A stretch of DNA of 54,937 bases from Elusimicrobiota bacterium (GTDB lineage Bacteria > CG03 > SLGR01 > JAGXOG01), in the NCBI GenBank assembly GCA_051745145.1, contig JBNJDT010000009.1, positions 1-54,937 on the forward strand, in the 5' to 3' direction. A model generated the notes under the pieces. That model was not told the origin of the DNA, did no database searches, and saw only the letters and a program-made list of their open reading frames with translations. Every line of letters begins with the position of its first letter. Within the stretch, counting starts at the first letter, position 1. Positions 46,860-54,937 of the stretch are shown here, in pieces. The position numbers were made by a program, and so were the translations under genes.

Positions 46860-49499
46860 GTGAATAAAAAAAATAAATTAGTTTTAATTGATGGCAATTC
46901 TTATATCCATAGAGCCTATCATGCCCTGCCCCGGCTGACCGATGCCGAGGGAGAACTTGTTAATGCGGTTTATGGTTTTGCAAAAATGCTTAAAAAAATT
47001 ATTAAGAATGAAAATCCATCGCATATATTTGTGGCTTTTGATCATAAAGAACCCACTTTCAGACATAAGGAATACGAAGAATACAAAGCTCACAGAAAAG
47101 AGACGGATAGTGAACTTATCGAACAATTCGACAAAGTTATGAATGTTTTAAAAGCTTTAAATATAGAGTATACCAGTGTTAAAGGATATGAAGCCGATGA
47201 CATAATAGCCTCGCTAACTAAAACTTTTACCGATGATGATATGAACGTGACAGTAGTTACCGGCGATAAAGACGCCCTCCAGTTGATTGACGATAATGTC
47301 AGGGTAGTCAACGGCATGAAAAAGACTACTTACGATACTGATACTTTAAAGGAAGAGCTTGAGATTAAACCCGAGCAGGTTGTGGATTACCTGGCTCTTA
47401 TAGGTGATAAATCGGATAATTTACCCGGAGTGTACGGGATAGGTCCGGTTACTGCTAAAAAGTTATTAAAAAAATTTGAGAATCTGGATAATATATATAA
47501 AAACTTGGATAAATTATCCAAAAACAACCGCAAAAAACTCCAAAAAAATCGCAAAGAAGCTTTTTTAACCCGGAGACTTGTAAGGTTAGTCCGGGATATT
47601 GACCTAGATGTTTCGGTGGATGACTGTCTGTGGCAGGGCGCAAATCCGGAACAGGTAAAAAAAGAATTCAGAAAATTAAATTTTAGGAGTTTATTGAAGG
47701 ACTGGATAGAAGAGGATGATTTAAAAGGCCAGCTGGATATTAAGGTTATATCTTCTGTTGAAGAATTAAATAATTTTTTAGATAAAAACCGGGATAAAAA
47801 AGGGCTGGGCCTGGAAGTAGTAACCGGCTGCCGGGAATCTGCGGTGGGATACGGTCTTACTTTTAACGGAGCAGAGATTATTTATATTCCCGCAGGGCAC
47901 AGATATCTAGGAGCCGGAAAGCAAGTTGAAGAAAATTCAATATTAAAAATTTTAGGTCAATTTTTTAAAGAAGCCCCGGTTGAAATCACCGGTTATGATA
48001 TGAAAAAAATCTACAAGTTATTTAAAGGTAATGATATAAAAATTAATAACCGGCTCTTTGACATAATTACGGCCAATTATATATTAAATGCCCAGCGGGG
48101 GAATAAAACACTGAAAGAAATCACGGCGGGTAAAATGGATTGGGTTCCCGGTGAATTACCTGCCGAGCCGGCAGAGCAAAAGATCGAAAAGATATCCCGT
48201 ATCGAAGGAGCCAGGCTTAGCGCTATACATAATTTAGGCAGTATATTAAAAAATAAAATTGACCGGATCGGTTGTATGGATTTATTCTACGATATAGAAA
48301 TAAAAATGGTTAAAATACTGGCGGAGATGGAATTGACGGGAATAAAAGTTAACGTTGACAAGCTGGTTGAAACTAAGAAAGAGTTTAATAGAGAACTCAA
48401 GAGTTTGGAAAAAGAAATATTTGATATTGCCGGCGAGCAGTTCAATATTAATTCATCTCAACAATTATCGAGAATTCTTTTTAATAAAATAGGACTGGAA
48501 CCGGGGCGTAAAACAAAAACGGGGTATTCTACCGCTGAAGATGTGCTTGAAGATTTGGCCAGCGAGCACGAGCTCCCGTCAAAAGTGATAAAATACAGGA
48601 AATTAAATAAGCTGATAACTACTTATATAGAACCTTTACCGGATTTAGTGGATGAAAAGGACGGAAGAATACATACTAGTTTTAATATTACCGGTACGGC
48701 GACCGGCCGGCTTTCTTCAAGCAGTCCTAATTTACAGAATATTCCTATAAAAACCAAAAACGGCAGTTTAGTTCGAGAGGCGTTTACAGCTCAAGAGGGC
48801 CAAGTGCTCTTAAGCGGGGATTATTCCCAGATAGATTTACGGGTATTGGCTCATATATCTGAGGATAAAAGTCTTATAAAAAGTTTTAATAATAACGAAG
48901 ATATACATACCCAGACTGCTTCCAGGATATTTGAAATAGATAAAAAAGAAGTAACCAGAGAAGACCGGAAAAAGGCAAAGGCAATTAATTTTGGAATTGT
49001 TTACGGCATGTCTTCATGGGGGCTGGCTAAAAGAGTGGGAATATCCAAAAATGAGGCCCGGAAATTTATAGATAAATATTTTGAAAAATATCCCGGGATA
49101 AAAGAATATATGGATAGTATAGTAAAGCAGGCTAAAGAGGAAGGAAGTGTATATACTATTTTAAACCGACGCCGGAAAATCCCGGAGATAAATTCCTCAA
49201 ATTATTCTAGGAGGAAACATTTTGAGAGGATAGCAATAAATACCCCTATTCAGGGAAGTTCGGCTGATATAATTAAAGCGGCTATGGTATCCCTGGACGA
49301 GGATTATGATTTTAATAACGGCGAAGTAAATCTTCTACTGCAGATACATGATGAACTATTATTTTCAGTTCCTAAAAATAGTGTAGACAGGCACCGGGAA
49401 AAGATTAGAAAGAAAATGGAAAATGCGTTTTCCTTGAAAGTTCCCGTTAAAGTCGAGTTTAAGTTCGGGGAAAACTGGAAGGATATGAGACCGTGTTAA
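46860..49499 (+). CDS. polA: DNA polymerase I
   Basis: 5'-3' exonuclease (LIDG, YEADD, GDKD, GD.SDN.PGV) and polymerase motifs TGRLSS, DYSQI, KAINFGIVYG, QIHDEL. Confidence 0.98.
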   Translation: MNKKNKLVLIDGNSYIHRAYHALPRLTDAEGELVNAVYGFAKMLKKIIKNENPSHIFVAFDHKEPTFRHKEYEEYKAHRKETDSELIEQFDKVMNVLKALNIEYTSVKGYEADDIIASLTKTFTDDDMNVTVVTGDKDALQLIDDNVRVVNGMKKTTYDTDTLKEELEIKPEQVVDYLALIGDKSDNLPGVYGIGPVTAKKLLKKFENLDNIYKNLDKLSKNNRKKLQKNRKEAFLTRRLVRLVRDIDLDVSVDDCLWQGANPEQVKKEFRKLNFRSLLKDWIEEDDLKGQLDIKVISSVEELNNFLDKNRDKKGLGLEVVTGCRESAVGYGLTFNGAEIIYIPAGHRYLGAGKQVEENSILKILGQFFKEAPVEITGYDMKKIYKLFKGNDIKINNRLFDIITANYILNAQRGNKTLKEITAGKMDWVPGELPAEPAEQKIEKISRIEGARLSAIHNLGSILKNKIDRIGCMDLFYDIEIKMVKILAEMELTGIKVNVDKLVETKKEFNRELKSLEKEIFDIAGEQFNINSSQQLSRILFNKIGLEPGRKTKTGYSTAEDVLEDLASEHELPSKVIKYRKLNKLITTYIEPLPDLVDEKDGRIHTSFNITGTATGRLSSSSPNLQNIPIKTKNGSLVREAFTAQEGQVLLSGDYSQIDLRVLAHISEDKSLIKSFNNNEDIHTQTASRIFEIDKKEVTREDRKKAKAINFGIVYGMSSWGLAKRVGISKNEARKFIDKYFEKYPGIKEYMDSIVKQAKEEGSVYTILNRRRKIPEINSSNYSRRKHFERIAINTPIQGSSADIIKAAMVSLDEDYDFNNGEVNLLLQIHDELLFSVPKNSVDRHREKIRKKMENAFSLKVPVKVEFKFGENWKDMRPC

Positions 49500-50092
49500 A
49501 AATAGGACTGACAGGCAGTATCGGTTCGGGTAAGTCCACAGTTTCGAAAATGTTTGAAGATCAGGGGATATCGATAGTTTCCAGTGATGAAATAGTTAAA
49601 AGTTTACAGCGTCCTGGAAATGTTTTATGGCGCAGAATACAGCAAAACTGGCCCGGTAAATTTTTAAAAAATGAGCGTGAACTTGACAGAAAAAAGTTAG
49701 CGGACCGATTACTGGAAGATAAGAAATTTAGAAAAGAAATTGAACAGATGATACATCCTGTTGTTAAATCCGAGATTAAAAAAATTTTTAAAGTATGGAA
49801 AGGTGAAGGTAGCAAAATAGCAGGCGCGGAGGTACCTCTGTTGTTTGAAGCCGGCTGGGAAGAAATGTTTGATTATATAGTGCTTACATATGCTCCCGGG
49901 GAGGTGCTCTTAAAAAGAATAGAGAAGAACAAAAGTATATCCCAGGCTAAGGCTAAAAAATGGTTAAATATACAGCAGGATCAAAAAATTAAAAAGAAAA
50001 AATCAGATATTATTATAGATACTGATAAGGATAAAGAAATTATATTTAATAAGGTTAAAGAAATTATAGGAAAAATAAACAAGGAGAGTTAA
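49493..50092 (+). CDS. coaE: Dephospho-CoA kinase
   Basis: IGLTGSIGSGKST, LDRKKL, IHP, VPLLFE; follows polA. Confidence 0.95.
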   Translation: MLKIGLTGSIGSGKSTVSKMFEDQGISIVSSDEIVKSLQRPGNVLWRRIQQNWPGKFLKNERELDRKKLADRLLEDKKFRKEIEQMIHPVVKSEIKKIFKVWKGEGSKIAGAEVPLLFEAGWEEMFDYIVLTYAPGEVLLKRIEKNKSISQAKAKKWLNIQQDQKIKKKKSDIIIDTDKDKEIIFNKVKEIIGKINKES

Positions 50093-51361
50093 ATGACGAT
50101 AGGTCAATTAAAAGAAAAGACTGTAAAGGAATTAAAAAGTAAGGCCAAGGAATTAGGGGTAGAGGATTATTCTAAATTAAATAAACAGGAATTGGTTATC
50201 CGGATCTTAAAGAAAAATAATGAAAAAAACAGAACTAATAAGAAGTTTATGGAAGGAGTTCTGGAAATATTACCGGACGGTTTTGGTTTTTTAAGATCGG
50301 AAGATAATAATTATATAAGCGGCCCGGACGATATTTATATTTCGCCTTCTCAGATTAAAAAGTTTCTTCTCAGAAAAGGCGATAAAGTTTACGGTGAAGT
50401 CAGACCGCCAAAAAATAATGAAAGTTATCACGCTCTTCTTAAAGTGGAAGCTGTAAACGGAGAAGATCCTTCTATAATAAGGGGAAGAACAAAGTTTGAC
50501 GATCTTACTCCTATGTATCCCGAGGAACGGCTGGAACTTGAGACCACTTCCGATGAAGTGGAAATGAGAATAATGGATCTGGTTACTCCCGTGGGTAAAG
50601 GGCAAAGAGGTTTAATCGTATCGCCTCCCCGGGCGGGAAAAACCATAATACTCCAGAAGATGGCCAATGCCATAACCACAAATCATCCCGAGGTTACTCT
50701 CATCGTACTTTTAGTGGGTGAAAGACCGGAGGAAGTAACTGATATGGACCGTTCGATTGACGGCGAAGTGGTAAGTTCTACTTTCGATGAATCCGCATCC
50801 CGGCACGTGAAAGTGGCAGAAATGGTAATTGAAAAAGCAAAAAGACTGACCGAACACGATCACGATGTAGTTATATTAATGGATTCAGTTACCCGCCTGG
50901 CCCGGGCCTATAATGCCATAGCTCCTTCATCGGGCCGTGTGTTAACCGGCGGAGTTGATTCTAAGGCTTTGCAGAAACCGAAACGTTTCTTTGGGTCAGC
51001 CCGAAACATAGACCAGGGCGGGAGTCTTACGGTAATGGCTACCGCGCTAATAGATACGGGAAGCCGGATGGACGATGTTATATTTGAAGAATTTAAGGGG
51101 ACGGGTAATATGGAAGTAAATCTGGACCGCCGGCTGGTAAATAAACGGATATTCCCGGCTATTGATATTTTTCGTTCAGGTACCCGTAAGGAAGAAATGC
51201 TTTTAACCGAGGAAGAATTAAATAAAGTACGGATAATAAGAAAAATTTTAAATCCCCTGGGTTGCGTTGAAGCAATGGAATTGATGCTTGAAAAAATGAA
51301 TTCTACGGATTCAAATAAAGAGTTTTTAAAATCCATGGAAGTAGAGGGTATCAGAGGATAA
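50093..51361 (+). CDS. rho: Transcription termination factor Rho
   Basis: [42 protein letters not shown]. Confidence 0.98.
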   Translation: MTIGQLKEKTVKELKSKAKELGVEDYSKLNKQELVIRILKKNNEKNRTNKKFMEGVLEILPDGFGFLRSEDNNYISGPDDIYISPSQIKKFLLRKGDKVYGEVRPPKNNESYHALLKVEAVNGEDPSIIRGRTKFDDLTPMYPEERLELETTSDEVEMRIMDLVTPVGKGQRGLIVSPPRAGKTIILQKMANAITTNHPEVTLIVLLVGERPEEVTDMDRSIDGEVVSSTFDESASRHVKVAEMVIEKAKRLTEHDHDVVILMDSVTRLARAYNAIAPSSGRVLTGGVDSKALQKPKRFFGSARNIDQGGSLTVMATALIDTGSRMDDVIFEEFKGTGNMEVNLDRRLVNKRIFPAIDIFRSGTRKEEMLLTEEELNKVRIIRKILNPLGCVEAMELMLEKMNSTDSNKEFLKSMEVEGIRG

Positions 51362-51390
51362 AAAAAACTATTAAATGTACATATTTTTTA

Positions 51391-51419
51391 TTGACAGTAA
51401 CTGATTATTGAAATATAAT
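51391..51419 (+). promoter_or_regulatory. Consensus sigma70 promoter of the nucleotidase-NupC operon
   Basis: Exact TTGACA-N17-TATAAT. Confidence 0.75.
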
Positions 51420-51433
51420 TAATTCAATGTGAT

Positions 51434-53005
51434 ATGAAATATTTTAAACGCTTAATCGCGGGGGCGTTTCTGGCTGTACTCTGTTTAGCAGGGTACTGGT
51501 ATTACTGGAATAAAAATGTTATTGCAGTAAATATAGCTTATACTTCTGACGGGCACGGTCATATCCGTCCTTCAAAAGCCTTCTGGGAAGAAGAAAACCC
51601 GATGGTGGGAGGTTTTGGCTCGCTTAAAACATATTTAAATAATTTTGAGGAACCGTATATATTGACTGATTCGGGTGATTTTTTTCAGGGTACTCCGGAA
51701 GGAATGCTGACCGAAGGGGAACTTGTAGTAAAACTAATGAATAAATTGGGGTACGATGCCTTAGCTGCGGGAAATCATGATTTTGACCTGGGAAAAGAGA
51801 AGTTGCGTACTCTAACCGAAATAGCTGAATTTCCCGTTTTGGGAGCTAATATTTTTGAAAAAGATACCGGGAGTATTCCGGCTTATTTGGAAAAAAATAT
51901 TATATTGGATTACCCGTCAGCGGATATAAATATAGGTCTAACAGGTGTAATTACTCCGGCCATGGAGGAATTATCAATATCTGATAATATCGAGGGACTG
52001 GAATTTCGCTCGCCGGTTGAAATAGTGAATAAAAATGCCGGTAGTCTAAAAGAAAAAGGAGCGGATATAGTTGTAGTTTTATCCCACCAGGGGGTAAAGA
52101 GGGATATAAAAATGGCCGAAGAGCTGAAAAACGTAGATGTAATACTGGGGGGACATACTCACCGCCGTATAGAAAAACCTTTAAAAATTAATGATATTCT
52201 TATATTTCAGCCGGGCTCAAATTTTAATAATATCGGAAAGTTAAAGTTTTACTATAATACGAGAAATAAAAAACCGGTAGCTTTTTTCAATACCCTGGAG
52301 CTTCTGTATACCGAAAAATATAAACCGGACCCGGGTATAACAGAATTCATAAAAAATAATGTGGATAAGTTAGATGTTCCTCTGGATAAAAAAATAGGAA
52401 AGGCCACTGAAGAGTTAACTCATTATTTAACGGGGGAACAGGAAAGACACGGGGAATTACCGCTGGGAAACTGGCAGACTGACCTTATGCGAGAATTTGC
52501 CGAAGCGGATTTTGCTTTCCATAATATAGGGGGTATAAGAGCTACTATTCCCCGGGGAGATATAAAAGTCAGGGATATCTGGCAACTTTCGCCTTTTGGA
52601 AATACTTTAGTAAAAATGAATTTAACCGGGCAGCAGATTAAAAAACTTCTGGAACATAGCGCGGCAAAAGATACATTCGGCCTGCAGGTCTCCGGTCTGA
52701 AAGTTATTTATAACAGTTCCCTGCCTGAAGGAAATAGAGTACTTAATATTATAGATACAGCTACTGCCGAAGACGGGGAAGATGAACCCCGGGAAAAGGA
52801 GTTGGATTTAGAGGATGAATATACCGTGGTTACAAACTCATTTTTAGCCCAGGGCGGGGATGGCTATACGGTATTTAAGCAGGGTGAGGAAGTTGAAGAG
52901 TTACCGGATCTTTTAAGGGATGTTCAGATAGATTATATAAAAGAAAACAGTACTGTAACAGCCCGGGTTGAAGAAAGATTGACTAATATAAGTTTAGAAA
53001 ACTAA
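51434..53005 (+). CDS. Bifunctional metallophosphoesterase / 5'-nucleotidase (UshA-like), exported
   Basis: TSDGHG, DSGDFFQG, GNHDFD, SHQG, GGHTH, N.GGIR, PFGN, FLAQGGDGY; N-terminal signal/anchor. Confidence 0.93.
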   Translation: MKYFKRLIAGAFLAVLCLAGYWYYWNKNVIAVNIAYTSDGHGHIRPSKAFWEEENPMVGGFGSLKTYLNNFEEPYILTDSGDFFQGTPEGMLTEGELVVKLMNKLGYDALAAGNHDFDLGKEKLRTLTEIAEFPVLGANIFEKDTGSIPAYLEKNIILDYPSADINIGLTGVITPAMEELSISDNIEGLEFRSPVEIVNKNAGSLKEKGADIVVVLSHQGVKRDIKMAEELKNVDVILGGHTHRRIEKPLKINDILIFQPGSNFNNIGKLKFYYNTRNKKPVAFFNTLELLYTEKYKPDPGITEFIKNNVDKLDVPLDKKIGKATEELTHYLTGEQERHGELPLGNWQTDLMREFAEADFAFHNIGGIRATIPRGDIKVRDIWQLSPFGNTLVKMNLTGQQIKKLLEHSAAKDTFGLQVSGLKVIYNSSLPEGNRVLNIIDTATAEDGEDEPREKELDLEDEYTVVTNSFLAQGGDGYTVFKQGEEVEELPDLLRDVQIDYIKENSTVTARVEERLTNISLEN

Positions 53006-53067
53006 AAAGAATAAATATGTTACTGAAAATTTGTAGGAAGAATTAGCTACAAGAAGGAGATAAGAAC

Positions 53068-54906
53068 ATGGGAATTGAATTTTATTGCGGCTTAGTAGGG
53101 ATTTTTGCCATACCATTTATAGCCTGGCTTATATCCAGCAATCGCTCTAAAGTTATGTGGAAAGTAATTATAGGGGGACTGAGCATTCAGATTATTCTTG
53201 GGATTTTGGTCTTGCTCACTCAGCCCGGCCAGGCTTTTTTTACGGCAATGAATGATGTAGTTCTCGGTCTTTTAAATTTTTCTGATAAGGGGGCTGAATT
53301 TTTATTCGGAAATTTAATTCAGGCTGATTTTGCCGGAGCTCAGTTTGCTTTTTCCGTTCTTCCCACAATAATTTTCTTTTCAGCATTAATGTCTATTCTT
53401 TACTATTCCGGTTTTATGCAGAAACTGGTTGAATTTGTAGCCTGGATAATAATGAAAATATTAGGTACCAGCGGCGCGGAAACACTTTCTGTCAGTTCGA
53501 ATATATTTGTGGGGCAAACAGAGGCTCCTCTTGTAGTACGGCCGTTTATAAAAGATATGACAAAGTCGGAATTAAATACGGTGATGACCGGAGGTTTTGC
53601 CACGGTTGCCGGAGGAGTTATGGCTGCTTATGTGGGAATGCTTCACAGTCATTTTCCGGCTATAGCAGGTCATTTAATTACGGCCAGTATTATGTCCGCC
53701 CCTGCGGCTATTGTTATGTCTAAACTCACCTTTCCGGAAGAGGGAAAGCCTAAAACCGGCGGTGAAGTCCAGATAGATGTTGAAGAAAAGTATGAAAATA
53801 TTTTGGATGCCGCTGCCAGCGGCGCGGCGGCCGGACTTAAACTGGCCTTGAATGTTGCCGCTATGCTGCTGGCTTTTATTGCCATAGTTCACATGGCCAA
53901 TTTTGGCATCGGCTGGCTCGGTAATCAGTTACATACTCTGGTAACGGATACTACGGGTATGGAGGCTTTTATGCGCGGGGCAATTGTTGGAATAGTACCC
54001 ATGGCTTTTTATATGGCTCACTGGAAGTGGGGGGGAAGACGTACTAAATACTGGATAACCGGCCTTTTACTTGTTCTATTTTTACCGGTGGCCGCTTTTT
54101 ATATACTTCCCGATTTATTATCTGTGCGATTAGGGTTACCCGGTTTTAGAGTATGGGGGATTGTCGGTGCTCTCGGCGGGTTTATACTGGGCGCCGGAGC
54201 TACATTTAAATGGTTTAGAAAACTGAAAAGTTTATGGATTAAATCTTTAGCTATTCTTATCGGAGTCGGAGCCGTCACCGGATTTCTTTTTTATATGCTG
54301 GGCGGGAGTTATTCTCACTGGGGAGCCGGGGCAGTTTTATTCGGCGTATTCGGACTTATAGCCGGTACGGTGGTATACTGGAAAAATCCATGCCGGGAGA
54401 CGATCATTAAGGGGCTTATTATTCTGGGAGCGGTTGCTGGTGCGGGAGCTATATTAACGGTTGTAGCTGATTTTAAAATTTTAAATATTTTACAGAATCT
54501 AACTCTCCAGCGTTTATTTGGTTTTATGTTTTCCGGACTTGCTGTTTTGATAGGAATTCCCTGGACTGATCTTTTGTCCGTGGGCAGACTTATCGGTGAG
54601 AAAGTGGCCGTCAATGAATTTGTAGCTTTTTTGTCATTTCAAAATATGGCCACTGAAGGGATCCTCCAGCCCCGCAGTCTGGTTATAGTAAGTTATGCTT
54701 TATGCGGTTTTGCCAATTTCAGTTCAATTGCAATTCAGATAGGGGGTATCGGGGGAATAGCACCCAGCCGGACCGATGATCTTGCAAAACTCGGATTAAG
54801 AGCTATGACAGCCGGGGTTCTGGCTTCGGCACAGACCGCGGCGGTGGCCGGTGTAATGTACGGCATTGCCGAACAGATAGGCATTCAGCTGGTTACTCTT
54901 GCCTGA
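53068..54906 (+). CDS. Concentrative nucleoside transporter (NupC/CNT family) with a large hydrophobic insertion
   Basis: FAFSVLPTIIFFSAL, NIFVGQTEAP, GGFATVAG, K...NEFVAF, YALCGFANFSSI.IQIGG; 612 aa versus ~400 aa typical. Confidence 0.92.
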   Translation: MGIEFYCGLVGIFAIPFIAWLISSNRSKVMWKVIIGGLSIQIILGILVLLTQPGQAFFTAMNDVVLGLLNFSDKGAEFLFGNLIQADFAGAQFAFSVLPTIIFFSALMSILYYSGFMQKLVEFVAWIIMKILGTSGAETLSVSSNIFVGQTEAPLVVRPFIKDMTKSELNTVMTGGFATVAGGVMAAYVGMLHSHFPAIAGHLITASIMSAPAAIVMSKLTFPEEGKPKTGGEVQIDVEEKYENILDAAASGAAAGLKLALNVAAMLLAFIAIVHMANFGIGWLGNQLHTLVTDTTGMEAFMRGAIVGIVPMAFYMAHWKWGGRRTKYWITGLLLVLFLPVAAFYILPDLLSVRLGLPGFRVWGIVGALGGFILGAGATFKWFRKLKSLWIKSLAILIGVGAVTGFLFYMLGGSYSHWGAGAVLFGVFGLIAGTVVYWKNPCRETIIKGLIILGAVAGAGAILTVVADFKILNILQNLTLQRLFGFMFSGLAVLIGIPWTDLLSVGRLIGEKVAVNEFVAFLSFQNMATEGILQPRSLVIVSYALCGFANFSSIAIQIGGIGGIAPSRTDDLAKLGLRAMTAGVLASAQTAAVAGVMYGIAEQIGIQLVTLA

Positions 54907-54937
54907 TAGTTAATAGCTTAGAAAAAAAACAATAATT

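Noticed and set aside
47700..48250. Degenerate 3'-5' exonuclease domain in PolA
   Set aside because: Loss of proofreading residues is common in bacterial Pol I and is not novel.

Overview
AT-rich, gene-dense bacterial chromosomal window. Almost all genes are on the + strand and genetic code 11 fits throughout. The host is a diderm (OM beta-barrel protein, PilQ secretin), probably anaerobic (2-oxoacid:ferredoxin oxidoreductase, DUF362/polyferredoxin) and possibly salt-adapted (Halothermothrix-type sucrose-phosphate synthase, acidic exported proteins); the lineage cannot be fixed from this sequence. In order: a TPR/beta-barrel + ECF sigma + anti-sigma + secreted protein operon; a ferritin-like protein + PAS adenylate cyclase; EamA; SPS + P-loop kinase; LysM, NlpC/P60, XRE, dprA, topA, xerC, an unknown gene, PASTA protein and rpe; pilMNOPQ + TPR protein; DHH, AlkP-family, WbpD-like acetyltransferase, cysD, cysN and an unknown P-loop protein; nucleoside kinase; minus-strand VOR/KOR operon + methyltransferase; two YibE/F genes; ArsR-trxA redox operon; HPP; nitroreductase; DUF362 + polyferredoxin; ogg; GldA/GldFG/DUF4340 ABC system; smpB; polA-coaE-rho; 5'-nucleotidase + NupC. 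I found no rRNA, tRNA, tmRNA, CRISPR array or intact mobile element. The most notable observations are: (1) a possible non-canonical sulfate activation/transfer cluster; (2) two matching ECF promoters, one written into the sigma gene's last codons; (3) a NupC carrying a ~190-aa triple TM-hairpin insertion; (4) two genes whose N-terminal domains lack an in-frame canonical start; (5) apparent CCGG enrichment. All family calls come from motif recognition by eye, not database searches.
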